64,000 nucleotides of DNA from Eledone cirrhosa (taxonomy: Eukaryota): assembly GCA_964016885.1 (NCBI GenBank), contig OZ024743.1, forward strand, positions 375,782,001 to 375,846,000. The letters are read 5' to 3'. Positions 25,832 through 39,990 of this stretch are shown here, piece after piece. Position 1 is the stretch's first letter, and the number at the start of each line of letters is the position of its first letter. A model generated the notes under the pieces. The model saw only the letters and a list, made by a program, of their open reading frames with translations, was not told the origin of the DNA and made no database searches. A program made the translations under genes and the position numbers.

Positions 25832-25899
25832 GTATATATATATGTATATGTATATATGTATGTATATATATATATGTATGTATGTATGTATATATATAT

Positions 25900-26045
25900 G
25901 GTGAAGGCGTGTGGCTGAGTGGTGAGAGAATTGGATTCGCAATCGTAAGGTTGTGAGTTCGATTCCTGGACCAGGCGATGCGTTATGTCCTTGAGCAAGA
26001 CACTTTATTTCACGTTGCTCCTTCTACCTGGAGTTGCGACCGACA
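25900..26045 (+). mobile_element. tRNA-headed CORE-type SINE
   Basis: GTGGCTGAGTGG..GAGTTCGATTCC head plus TGTCCTTGAGCAAGACACTT core. Minus-strand copies at ~23460-23582, 23970-24082, 32665-32793. Confidence 0.75.
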
Positions 26046-27539
26046 GATAGTATTAGCAATTGGAAAGACCAACGGAAACACTGTTCCCTCGGTCCGATTT
26101 GACGAAAGTCGATCGTTCCATATATATAAAGGGCGGTGGATTGGCAGTATCGGTAGAGAGTCAGGCACCATGCTTTGCGGCATAGGGTTACGACCCTTTA
26201 CGGCCTAAGTTCAAATCCCGCCGAGGTTAACTTTGCCTTTCATCCTTACCAGGTCGATAAAATAAAGCACCAGTAATACACTGGGGTCGATTTAATCGAC
26301 TTTCCCCTCGCCTTCAAATTACTGGCCTTGTGCCTATAGTAGAAATCATTATATATATATAAAATAACAAGGTTTAAGGTAATCCAGCTAGAGGTTGTGA
26401 GTACTAGGTATCGAGGATAGTTTTAACGTTCGGCGTTGTTTGACTCAACGAGAAGTTTGTCGGGTGGCCGGTTTAAGAAAGTTCTTAGACGGGCGGTTCT
26501 TGGAATAATAACAGTAAAAGAATGAAAAATAACATGGTCGGCTGTACAATAGGGTTTATTTACAGTATTAACAATTGTTTCATTAGTCGTGTGTGTCTAA
26601 AAGTCGCTGATTGTTATTTATATATATATATAAGGATATACAAACCACGGCCATCACTACCATATTGCTATATGCTTCGACAATGAGGAAGAATGCTCTG
26701 CACAGACGACTACCACCGCTGCCACAGTTATATGTACATGGACAATTTTTACAGAATCCAAGCGTAAGCTGCCTCGTGGTCCTAGCAGACAGTATATCGA
26801 GGAGGATAGCGAGGAAGACGTGTTGAAAAGGTCATTCCAACTGGCGTGACTCACTCCTCCGTTTGTCTCTATAGCAATGAGTAGGGAGATGGTTCGGGGA
26901 CTCAGAACACCTAAAGTCTCCACTGCTAGAGGTTCAAACGAAATTATACTACTGCAATAGCATCCATACCAACGCTTTCTCCATTCTATTTGGACCACGA
27001 GATAGCTTGCGCCTAGAGATAGAGTTCTGCCTGATAGAGAGCGTTCTCCCACATTTAGTAGTGATGGCAAATATTGCTGATGTTTACGTTTTTTATTAGC
27101 ACAACTATGGAAGATAGACCCTATCTAATACATTCACCCTCACATGTGTAGAATTGCAAAACTTACTTGAATACTCGTAAAATATTTACTATATATTTGC
27201 CTCTTTTTTCTCTTTTAGAATCCAGAACCTGCTATCCAAGTGACACCAGTATGCCACCCTTGTCACTGCAGTCCTTGTCATACTCCAAGCTGTCATGGTT
27301 GCTGCGATGCCCATTGTCAGAATCCTGCGGCGACTATTACTGTTACGAAAAAAAGTTCGTAGAGTAAAATTAACGTACAGCATTTTGGTGCAAAACAACC
27401 GTCTAATTTTCGATTCCCTTTTCGTAAATGACAAATATATACATATAAAAAAAATTGTAACACATATCAACTTTCCTGTTATCATTCCTTTCTTGTTCTT
27501 TTTATCGTTGTTGCCGAAGTTGTTTAGTCCCAATTGATC

Positions 27540-27775
27540 TCTGGTCGGGCAGTACTTTTGTGAAAAATATGAGCGGCCCGACTCCCCCAAACGTCTCGAA
27601 AGCTACAGGCTGAAAAATGTAGATTGCCGACAGATGAGAGTATTTGAGGGTCTTACTCCACTCGGCTGCGGAAGCTGTGGCTCTCGTCCTTACCGCAGCA
27701 TCCGGGATGTGGGAAAGAGCAAAAGTCACTAACAGTGACGTCCCAGACAAGGTACCTGCCTCTCGACCAGGGGCA
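27540..27775 (-). mobile_element. CRE/NeSL-type RLE LINE 3' fragment (related fragment at ~26830-27000)
   Basis: PWSRGRYLVWDVTV, AAEWSKTLKYSHL..FQPVAFETFG; second fragment FEPLAVETLG. Confidence 0.6.
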
Positions 27776-28288
27776 CACGTGTGTGTATGTATAGATATAA
27801 ATGTGTGTGTAAGTATATGTGTGTATATATATATATATATGTAGGTGTCTGTGATCCATATACACTGGTCATAGACACACACGCACACGCACATACACAC
27901 ACATACACACATACACACACATATATATATACATACACAACAACACCACCAGCTCTCTCTCTCTTCCATTCTCCTTTTCTGTCTCCTTTCCCTCTCTCTG
28001 TGTCTCTTTCAACTCTCTCGCAACCACTATATCTTTCTCTCTATCCTTCTCTCTCTGTTTATGAAGGTACCCGGAAAAACCCGTATCTTGGGAACATGTG
28101 CTCCGATTTACTCGAAGCTTGTTTTATTCCATTTTTATTCCCATTTCAGGGTCAACTTTCTTACAAACTATTTTCCCATTATGCACCCTTTTGGCTCTAT
28201 TACATTACAGACAAGCAAGCAAGCAGTCACAGAATTTTAGTAATATATAGGTAGATGTAGTCCCCACCATCAGAGACGGGTATCTTTG

Positions 28289-28344
<56 letters not shown>

Positions 28345-29329
28345 TCATTATCGTCTTCGTTTTGACGTCCGCTTAGGCAATGCCTGGGTATCTTATGAAA
28401 GTAACAATATATTTTGACATATATTATAGCAGAATATTCATTATTCTTTGTTCAAAGCAAATCATCTAGATAAAAATGTTGTTAATTTTGTCCAGTGGTG
28501 TTGTTTTGAATACTACTCCCTTTTATAGTCAACATATATAATTTTTCACCGATAGATGAATCTTTAGGTGTGTTGTCAGTGAAAAGGGCATGACTAAAAA
28601 TAGATTGTGATGTTCAAAACATCAGAACCTGAAGACAGTTTTTTAACCTATTCAAAAGTTGGTGGACGCGGAAAAAACACATTTAAACAAACAAACGTCC
28701 ATGTTTTTTCAGTCCTGGTGGATCTTGTACAAAACTGTTATGTTTTGTTTTTTTAATGATACTAGCAGAAAAATCACCCGGGTGGTTTTCTGCTAGCATG
28801 TGTAGTGTGCCTATTCATATTATACGCAAAATTATATGCATGTAGATATGACACGTCAAATGAAAAGTAAATGGACAATATGCACAGAATTTGAAGAAAG
28901 ACTGTTACATCTCTTCTGTAATCAGTAAAGTAATCCATGATACATTTAAAAAAGACATATATAAACTGCATGGTCATAATTCAAAGAAAGTTTGGCTATT
29001 TTTAGCAGGTCGAATGATCAGAGAAATTTCTTCAAACCAAATCCTAATAAATATTATTTTAAGGACACATTGGATAATGTAGTGTTATCACGTCTGGGAT
29101 ATTTTTTATCATTGACAACTAACATCAACCATAATAATAAGCCACGTGTGTTTGTTGTATATTTATATAATCTGTAACTCTTTACAATTTATACACACAC
29201 AATACACTTAATATGTCTGATGTTGCTAGAATAATCCGCTTTTCAATCACTAGGACCTGGGTTCTAGCTAGGGCCGGATTTAATGGGGGTGGCAAAAGGG
29301 GTAGTTGCCCCGGGTCCCCTGCAGTGGGG

Positions 29330-30522
29330 GTCGACCCTGAAAAGGCATATGACCGCGTTTCTCGACGTGCAGTGGAAGGTTCTGCAGGAGTATGGGATTG
29401 GTGGACAACTTCTTGCTACCCTGATGTGTCTATACAAATGCCCGAGTATTTGTGTTCGGATGAATGGTGCTAAATCGAAACCATTCAATGTGGGAGTCGG
29501 ACTCCGCCAAGGGTGCGTACTGTCACTTCGCGGTGGATTGGCAGTATCGGTAGAGGGTCGGACGCCATGCTTTGCAGCAAAGAGTTACGGCCCTTTGTGG
29601 TCTGAGTTCAAATCCTGCCGAAGTTAACTTTGCCTTTCATCCTTACAGGATCTATAAAATAAAGTACCAGTAATACACTGGATAATTGCTGTCCTTGTGC
29701 CAAATTAGTTACATGAACAGGATTGATATGCGCAGCCGGGTTGGAAGTGGTATCATCACTGGCGTGTGTAAAATCATGGTGTTACTTAACTCAACAGAAG
29801 ATGATCTCCGACTTGCACTTGATAGGTTTGATGCCAAGTGTTACATAGATGAAATGAAAATCAGTGCTGAGACGTTCGTCCTTTCACGAAAGCCTGCGCT
29901 GTGGACTCTACATGTGAATGGAGTTCCACTGAAGCAGGTAGAAAAATATCTCGGAGCTGTGTTCACGAGTGATGAGGGCAGGAGGCTGAATTAAATTCAA
30001 GAACTGCAGGAGCTGGTGTAGTGATGCGCCAGCTTCAGCATTCAGTAATCAGAAGGGAGGTAGGCGTAAAATCCAAACTCGTTATCTTCAATTCCGTTTT
30101 CATGCCAACCCTTAGCTATAGTCATGAATCTTGGGTAATGACCGAAAGAATACGATCGCGAATATAAGCGGCCGGAATGGGGTTTCTACGAAAGATCTTT
30201 GGGGGTAACATTATTCGATAGAGTGCGTAGCTCAGAGATCAGAGAATCACTCCAGGTAGAGCTGCTACTTCTCTGAATTGAGAGATCACAACTCCGATAC
30301 TATGAGCATGTGGTTAGAATGTCTCAGGAAAGAAACGCTGGACAGATTTTACGGGCAAAAACCAACAGGTAGGAGACCCAGAGTAAGATGGTTGGATTAC
30401 ATCCATGAGCTTGGCTGGTCTTGCTTGGGGATCAAGCCAGATCAGTTGGAGGCGGTTGCTTCTGACAGGACTCGCTGGAAGGAGTGTTTGAGGATTCTGC
30501 CCACACGACACTCTCAGGAATA
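29330..30522 (+). mobile_element. Decayed RTE-clade LINE, interrupted by a SINE at ~29530-29705
   Basis: VDPEKAYDRV, GVGLRQGCVLS, LKQVEKYLG, RRPRVRWLD..DRTRW in shifted frames. Confidence 0.75.
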
Positions 30523-32152
30523 AGTGGCCGAAGATTTGTAAATACATGCTGAACATTTACATAATTAATCCTAAAAATAAATTTAAAATATCGTGTTTAT
30601 CTTTAATCACTTTCATGTGTCAGTAATCAGCATAAACTATAGGGTTTCTCTTATGTAAACAATTGAAGCTACCAAAACTTCTCTCCCAACCACACAGTTT
30701 GGTGTATCTCTTCAGCCGAGATCAACCCAAATTGAGCAGGCCTATAACCATGTCTTCCAATCGTAACCATCCCGTCTTATTGTTTGTATAGGACTTCACT
30801 CCCAGTGGTGGTATTGAGAGATGTGTGGCTATCATTTCTAGCCATTTGAGGGACCATTTAACTCCCCTATAAAGCGTATATAACTAAAAAGGGAGATAAC
30901 TTGGTTGCACCAAGATAAGATAACTCATAGTTTGTCATTTGATTATTTAGCGTCATGGAAAGATGTGCTTGGAAGAGAAAAGTACAGTAGCATAACTAGA
31001 GCGTGTGCTGCTTGGGGGCAGCCCTTAAGATTTCCCCGACATCCACATACTCAAATATACACAAGACCCAAATGTGCCGCCCGGGGAGGACCATCTCTCT
31101 CGTTGGCTACGCTACTGGAAAAGTGACATTTAGGTTTTTAAGTAGCAGACGATAGACGCTCTAGTAAACTTGGAAACTATTACATCAGATGGAGATATCA
31201 AGAGGGGAGCGGTTGATAGGGAAACGTTGGCAGACATTCTTCGGGCTAACTCCAGAAGACAAATGTAAAGATGACATATTTACTGAAATGCACATAAGAA
31301 TTTTGGTAATATTTATGTGCATTTTTTTCTTCTAACTTCAATTTTGTACCTAATTCCGTGTAGTTAACTATTTGTCTAGTCAATTTCTACAGGCTAGGAG
31401 AAATACTAGGAAAATGTCATATGGCTGTACATCGCGGAAAAGAATCTGTATCATTTGGCTATTATTTCTTCATAAGTACATTTTAATTTTATAGCCGCGT
31501 TTAAATGATTTTTTGTTTGGTTAATTTATACTGATTGGGAGAGGAAATACTGTATATATTTTATCTAATGATTCTTTGGACTTACATTTTTATAAATTGC
31601 TCTGATTAATAATTATATAATTAATTCTTCATTAAGCCACACCGTGAATGGTTGCCAAACGGATATATGTATCTGTGACTTTGTCTAATTTATATATATA
31701 TAAACTTTGAATTTTATATATATATATATATATATATTAGAAAGTGAGGTTTTTTTTACAAAATGAAAAACAACCGAGGTGTCCTACACGAGTGGAAGTA
31801 TAAAGAAAAAGGGATGGAATCGAAAATGCAACTGAAGTCTTATTTTTTTTTTTAAATATATATATTTATTTGGTTCCTTTACCGGTTTCACAGTTCTTCT
31901 GCTTTTCAAAAGGTGAGTTGAGATGGAGGGTCTGTGGTTTTTATATATATATATATATATATATACATATATATATACATATATATATACATATATATGT
32001 ATATATATACATATATATACATACATTACATATATATATAAACATATATATATACACATATATATATACACATATATATATACACATATATATATACACA
32101 TATATATATACACACATATATATACACATATATATACATACATATATACATA

Positions 32153-32192
<40 letters not shown>

Positions 32193-32215
32193 CATACATA
32201 TATATATATACATAC

Positions 32216-32262
<47 letters not shown>

Positions 32263-32343
32263 CATATATACATACGTATATATACTACATATATATATAC
32301 ATATATATATATATACATACATATATATATATATACATACATA

Positions 32344-32384
<41 letters not shown>

Positions 32385-32398
32385 ACACATATATATAT

Positions 32399-32463
<65 letters not shown>

Positions 32464-32792
32464 CTTCATCATTACCATTTTACGTCCGCTTTTCCCTGTT
32501 TGCAAGGGTGGGACGGGAACTGATTTTGGCTTGATTTCTACAGCTGGATGCCCTTCCTCACACCAACCTCATTTACAGTGACTGCTGGGTGCTTTTTTGC
32601 CGTGACATCTCCACGACCACTTTGCAGTGGAATGATAGGGATCCCAGTGGAATGATAGGGACTACAGCTGAGTAAACTGGAGCAATGTGAAATAAAGTGT
32701 CTTGCTCAAGGAAACAACACATCACCCGGTATGAGAATTGAACTCACAACCTTTCGATTGCAAGGGCAATGCTCTAACCACTAAGCCATGTG

Positions 32793-32846
<54 letters not shown>

Positions 32847-34339
32847 CATACATACATACATACATGGTGGCTGCCAACTCGTTTTCGAGTACGGCCACTA
32901 CTTTATATCCATGTAGGAGAACCCCTACCGATGCGCTGAACGAGTGTGACTCTTTAGTCCAGCCAGCGACTTGAAAACTCTGGTACAAACACTACACTCC
33001 TGACAATTATTGACACATAGTGCTGGGCCCATGGTACCATGTGACGACAAGTGCAGAGAGATCTCCATATATAAAGCAATGCCTGTGCCGTGAAGCTTTT
33101 ATAGTGAGCAAAGGCACTGCACAAAGCCAGTCCCACTCTCTTAACCAAGATGATATTTACCAAAAAGAAGAACAAGTCAACATCATTGGATACCATCAGG
33201 GTTGCAGGTGTTATATCAGAGTTTTCCTTCTCCTAGAATTCTGCCTTGACAAAGGCTAAGGGGTCATCTCTCCCGGTGATATTCATACATACATACATAT
33301 ATACATACACACATACATACAAATATACATACATACACACATACATACATATATACATACATACACACATACATAGATACAAACATACATACATACAAAC
33401 ATACATACATACAAACTTACATACATGCATACATACATACACACATACATACGCACATGCATACATACAAACATACATATATACAAACTTACATATATAC
33501 ATCATACATACATACATGCATACACACATACATACATACATACATACATACATACACACATACATACAAACTTACATACATGCATGCATGCATACATACA
33601 TACATACACACAAACATACATACATACATACATACATACACACACACATACCCACATACATACATACATACACACATACATACATATATACACACATATA
33701 CATACACACATACATACATACATATATACATAATGGCTACATCTCAACATGACTCTTTATCCCTGCCAAAGATTTACATTCCTTTCTACATATACTGCAC
33801 TGATGAACATTACTTCCACTTTGGTTCCCTGTTTTGTTTTGATGAGTTTTTCTAATGATGTTGGGGTCCACCGACCAAGGCATATCGTTTGTCCACACTT
33901 CTGATAGGTAGAAATGTCTAAGAGACGGACCTTAACCCTTTATGCATCCGGCCAGAATACTCTCACCTCTTTCTGTTCAAACTGGCTGTAACTAACCACT
34001 CATACTGATGTTAAGGTATTGTTCTCAAAATAAATAATATCAAAATCTCATAGATTCGATATTATATGAAATATTATGTGAGATAAAGCCTTTACTGCGA
34101 AAATTCAATAGTATATATAGAGTATTCTTCCATGCTAAAAAACGGTGATGATGATGATGATGATGATGATGAGAGTAATGTAAAAGCTAAAGCGTTAATC
34201 AGCAACATTTTATACATGGCTTCTATGATGTTCATTGTCTCAAATTTCTGTCATTATCTCACAATTTCTTTCTGAATTTTCCCCACCATTTTCTGTAATA
34301 ATTATTTTCTCTAAACACCATTTCATGTTTTAATCCTCC

Positions 34340-35463
34340 TACATCTGCCAGCTCCTCAAAAAATCATCAGTAGTGCTTCTTGGCTTCTATTTTATCATTC
34401 TTCTATTCTACAGATGAATGCATGCCACATTGATCAGATGGTTTTCTATGTCTATATCCAGATTCTTCCTTTCCAGTTCGGTGACTCTCCACCTAAGGAA
34501 CTGCTTTCGTGCTAAGACTGCCTCCATTTTCAACATTTCTTTGCGGCACTTTTCACAAACATTTGGTAAATGTATTTCTTCATTAGAAGCCTTTTTCATA
34601 TTTTCCATGAGATTCTTCAGTTTAATTCTGCTGATAAAAGCTGGATCTATGTCAAGAGATGTCTGACCAGAAGAATGTCTGCTAGTCTCTGTAGGTTTTC
34701 TCTCCTTTTTTTCTGGGCTGATGGCAGTTTCCATTTACTCTTTCCACCATTCTCTTACAGAAGTCATTAGCATTATGTTCAGGTATGTACTCTTTATTGA
34801 TATCTCTAAAAGACTTGCTATCTTCGTCTCCAATTTTCCTGGCATTTTGGAATCTTTCAAGAACATGCCTTATGCAATTTTCTTTCTCCTTGTCAAAGTC
34901 TGTTATTCTAGAGTTAACCTTTTCACCTGTCTTCTCATTCACAAAAGTATCATGAGTGGCATCCCCAGAAAATCTTTTGATCCTTGAATATGAATCTTTC
35001 TGGATTCCATCATAAAAATCTTCCTCATCCCTACTAGATTCTTCCTGCAAAGATTCCTCTTGTGGATCACTTGTAATTGTCCCATAACGTGAAATACACG
35101 ACGAGTTTTCATGCTGCGATACAAGACTAGTAGTTCCACTTGCCTCAAATCTATCCGAGTAACTTATTTCGCTGTCGGAATGTGGAGAATCAACCAAAGA
35201 CGTGGAATCGCTCTTCTTTTGATCAGTTTCATCTTCATCAGAAAAACTAACAAACGTATCTGTGTAAGTAACATCTGAAATATTTGAATTGTCAGTAGGT
35301 TCTTTTGTTGTCAGTGAAGCAGACTGAGTTATATTAACATCATCTGAACCGACACTTAAAAAGTCATTTGAATATGTGGCTGGCTTTTCTTTGCCACTAT
35401 CAGAAGCAGATCTAGTAATAGCGACATCCTTTGTACTGACACTTAAAGAGTCATTTGAATATA
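34340..35463 (-). pseudogene. C8orf48/DUF4606-like gene, frameshifted and cut off at its 5' side by a PLE pLTR
   Basis: Ser/Asp/Glu-rich frame open from ~35463 to 34682. It shifts at an A7 run (34706-34712) into ISRIKLKNL..EIHLPNVCEKCRK..AVLARKQFLR..LE..IENHL, which resembles the C8orf48 C-terminus as recalled from memory, not searched. Confidence 0.6.
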
Positions 35464-35880
35464 TTTATCTCCAAATTATTTGAGTAAAACTTGCCAAAAT
35501 TTACAGCTATGGTTCATGGTAGTAGTAGTAGGCTCTTGTCGTAATACCACCCCACTCCTCACTGATTAACCTCAGTGTCACGTGATTGATTCTTTAGAAT
35601 CTGCCACTGACCAAATAGGCAGTGAATTTTTTCAGTGCTCTGGAATTTAGTCCCCGCTAGCTTTATTCCATCCAATGAATTATTAATTTTATATGGGTTC
35701 CTAGTGTCCGTGCATTGCCTGGGAACTTAGCTGAGAATAGACTCCCTGATGACGCAAGGAATTCTCTATAGTTACGTTACGTAACTATATTTGCTCCCTT
35801 ACAGAAACTAATTAGTTGGAGTGAAAATTTTAGTAAGTTGATTTTTAAATTTTGAAAATTTTCTTTTTTTACATCTTTCA
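35464..35880 (+). mobile_element. PLE family 2 pseudo-LTR
   Basis: Reverse complement of 41740-42120, which abuts a PLE endonuclease remnant; carries a hammerhead. Confidence 0.75.
35741..35822 (+). ncRNA. Type I hammerhead ribozyme, family C (long stem II)
   Basis: ACTCC-CTGATGA-long stem II(..TATAGTTACG..GTAACTATA..)-GAAA-CTAATTAG(palindrome)-TT-GGAGT. Confidence 0.78.
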
Positions 35881-36580
35881 TACATATATATATGGTGGCT
35901 GCTAACTCGTTTTCGGGTACGGCCACTACTTTATATCCATGTATGAGAACCCCTACCGATGCGCTGAACGAGTGTGGCTTTTTAGTCCAGCCAGCGTATT
36001 GAAAACTCTGGTACAAACACTACACTTGTGACAATTATTGACACATAGTGCTGGGCCCATGGTACCATGTGAGGACAAGTGCAGAGAGATCTCCAGATAT
36101 AAAGCAATGCCTGTGCCGTGAAACTTTTATAGTGAGCAAAGGCACTGCACAAAGCCAGTCCCACTCTCTTAACCAAGATGACATTTACCAAAACGAAGAA
36201 CAAGTCAACATCATTGGATACCATCAGGGTTGCAGGTGTTATATCAGAGTTTTCCTTCTCCTAGAATTCTGCCTTGACAAAGGCTAAGGGGTCATCTCTC
36301 CCGGTGATTTTGGATGGCCATTGACTCTTAAGAGCTTCTTTGCCCTTTGACAGGTTTTGTTTTTAGTCCTGCAGGATGTCCAAAGTCACCCTCCTCACCA
36401 AGAAACCTTGGTGGGGTTGCCAGTTTAGTCGCCAACGTCCCGACCATGAGACAGGTTGTACTGGGATACATGTTACTAGTAGCACCAACTGGTGACCTGA
36501 CACATATATATATATATACATATATATATACATATGTATATACATATATATATATACAAATATATATACATATATATATG

Positions 36581-36629
<49 letters not shown>

Positions 36630-36716
36630 GTATATATATATATTGTTATACTTTGGGAGGGTCATATATATATATATGTATATATATATGTATATATATA
36701 TAAGTATATATATATG

Positions 36717-36935
<219 letters not shown>

Positions 36936-37232
36936 CATTTATATATACATATATACATATACACATATATATATACATATATATATATAGACACATGTAT
37001 ATATACATATATATATATACATAAACAATTAAGTTAAAATAGTCATAAAAAGTCAGTCATACAAAAGTGAGTTACAAACGAAACGAAATTTAATTTCGTT
37101 TCGTTATTTGTTTTTATATATACATATATATATACATATATACCTATATATATATATATATATATATACATATATATACACATATATATATACATATATA
37201 TATACATACATATATATATACATATATATATA

Positions 37233-37320
<88 letters not shown>

Positions 37321-37323
<3 letters not shown>

Positions 37324-39370
37324 CTGAGAAGAAAGATGCATGGAAGAGTCATTATGATAGATTACTAAATGAGGAGAATGCATGGGAAGAAGAGACCCTA
37401 CCCCAAGTAGACCCTATAGAGGGGCTAGCAGCAACGTAGTAAGTAAGGCAATCAAAGATATGAAGATGGGGAAAGCAACCGGTCCATCGGGTATAGCTGC
37501 CGAGATGCTGAAGGCATCTGTGTCTGTAGGCCACACTATAACCACACGTATTGTTAACCAGGTAATACTAGAAGGTGTCATACCAAAAGATTGGTGCAGT
37601 AGCATCATTGTCAACTGCTACAAAGGTAAAGGTGATGCACTAGATAAAGGAAACTATAGAGGTATAAAGTTGATGGACCAAGTCATGAAAGTAATAGAAA
37701 GAGTTATAGCACAGTTGATTAGGGACCGGGTGAAAATAGACGAGATGCAATTTGGGTTTGTACCAGGAAGAGGCACCACTGATGCCCTCTTCCTTGTGAG
37801 GCAGTTACAGGAAAAGTACCTAGCTAAAAGTAAGCCACTCTACTTGTCATTTGTCGACCTTGAGAAAGCCTTTGACAGAGTTCCACGTGCTGTAATCTGG
37901 TGGGCTCTTAGAAAACTAGGAGTAGATGATTGGCTTGTGAAAGCGGTACAAGCCATGTATAGGGGAGCAGTCAGCAAAGTTAGGATTAGCAATGAGTATA
38001 GCGAGGAATTTAGCGTACAGGTTGGGGTCCACCAGGGCTCTGTTCTTAGCCCCTTCCTGTTCATCATAGTCCTGCAGGCAATAACGGAGGAGTTTTAGAC
38101 CGGATGCCCATTGGAACTCCTGTATGCTAATGACCTCGCACTCATAGCTGAATCTATGGTAGAACTAGAGAATAAATTCCAAACTTGGAAGCAGGGACTA
38201 GAAAGAAAGGGTCTGAAAGTCAACATGACAAAGACTAAGGTCCTTGTAAGTAGACGAGAAAACAGAACCCAAATCCCCTCAGGGAAATGGCCTTGCTCAG
38301 TATGTAGGAAAGGTGTAGGTAGGAACTCCATTCTCTGACCCAAATGCAAACAATGGGGACACAAGAGATGTAGCGGGATCTCAGGAAGCTTAATTAAGAA
38401 TGTAGGCTTCACATGCGGCAGCTGTGCTGAGACAGCAAGCAGCAAACAGCCACAGGAAACCAGTACCACCAATCTCTGGGAGGGCTCTGTAGAAACAGTA
38501 GACAGCTTCTACTAACTAGGTTACCGAATTAGCAGCGGAGGTGGGTGTTCAGAAAGTACAATAACTAGGGTAAGAACGGGATGGAAGAAGTTTAGGGAAC
38601 TACTGCCACTGCTAGCGGCAAAAGGCTTCTCCCTCAGAATGAAAGGCAGACTGTATGATGCGTGTATCCGAACAGCGATGTTGCATGGTAGTGAGACCTG
38701 GGCGCTGAAGGTGGAAGACTTACGTAGATTAGAGAGAAACGAAGCCTGCATGCTCCGATGGATGTGTAACAGTAATATACGTGAACGACAAAGCATAAAG
38801 GAATTGAGAGAGAGACTGAGCATAAGAGGAATCAAATGCTGTGTGCAGGAGAGGCGTTTGCGCTGGTATGGACATGTGATGCGTATGAAGGATGACAGCT
38901 GCATAAAAAGGTGCAGAGCACTAGAAGTTGATGGAAACCGCGGAATGGGGAGACCCAAGATGACTTGGGATGAGGTGATAAAAGCCGACCTTACCCAATT
39001 ACACCTCTCAAAGGCAATGACACACGACCGTGACCTCTGGCGTCACGCAGTAATACAGAGTACCCGACCTCCCATGGGTACAAGGGAAGCATATAGACAA
39101 TATGCCCCCCCCCCCCCCCACCGCAAGGTGGTCGTGGAGGTGCCACGGCAAAAAGCACCCAGCCCACACTGTAAAGTGGACGTGTAGGCGCCACGAAAAA
39201 GGACCCAGCACTCACTGTAAATGAGGTTGGTGTTAGGAAGGGCATCCAGCTGTAGAAATCAAGCCAGATCAGTTCCTGTATGAGCAAGGCATGGTCAGCC
39301 GACCAGACACTGCCCACAACAGAACAACCCGTCTAACCCATGCTAGCGTGGAAGAACAGACGTAAAACGG
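37321..39370 (+). mobile_element. 5'-truncated RTE LINE, copy 1 (stops and frameshifts)
   Basis: NYRGIKL, QFGF, DLEKAFDRV, GVHQGSVLSP, LLYANDL, Cys-rich CSVC..HKRC insert, ERRLRWYGHV; (GAT)n tail. Confidence 0.9.
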
Positions 39371-39425
<55 letters not shown>

Positions 39426-39457
39426 ATATACATATATATATACATATACATACATAC

Positions 39458-39488
<31 letters not shown>

Positions 39489-39701
39489 ACGAAGGAAATG
39501 TGGTAAGGAACCAGATGGACCATAACGCACCAAAGTACTCAATACTTAGGGTAGTAGAGTGGGTAATAGGCACGAGTAGGACCCCGACAGCTGAGCTCAA
39601 GCCGTTTCGACGGCTAATTCTTGATTTCTACAGCAAATTAGCCGTCGAAACGGCTTGAGATGAGCCGTCGGGGTCCTACTCGTTCCTATATATATATATA
39701 C

Positions 39702-39732
<31 letters not shown>

Positions 39733-39739
39733 CATACAT

Positions 39740-39859
<120 letters not shown>

Positions 39860-39990
39860 TATATACATATATATATACATATATATATATATACATATAT
39901 ATATATACATATACATATATATATACATATATATATATACCTATATATATATATATACCTATATATATATATATATATACATATATATAC

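Larger units (their letters stand above)
24551..28292. repeat. ~520-bp inverted repeat pair (24551-25085 / 27774-28292)
   Basis: Shared peptide YPSLSVYEGTRKNPYLGNMCS..ILVIYR on opposite strands; near-identical DNA. Confidence 0.85.

Noticed and set aside
25900-25975. tRNA gene
   Set aside because: A/B boxes run into a CORE-type SINE body with no complete cloverleaf.
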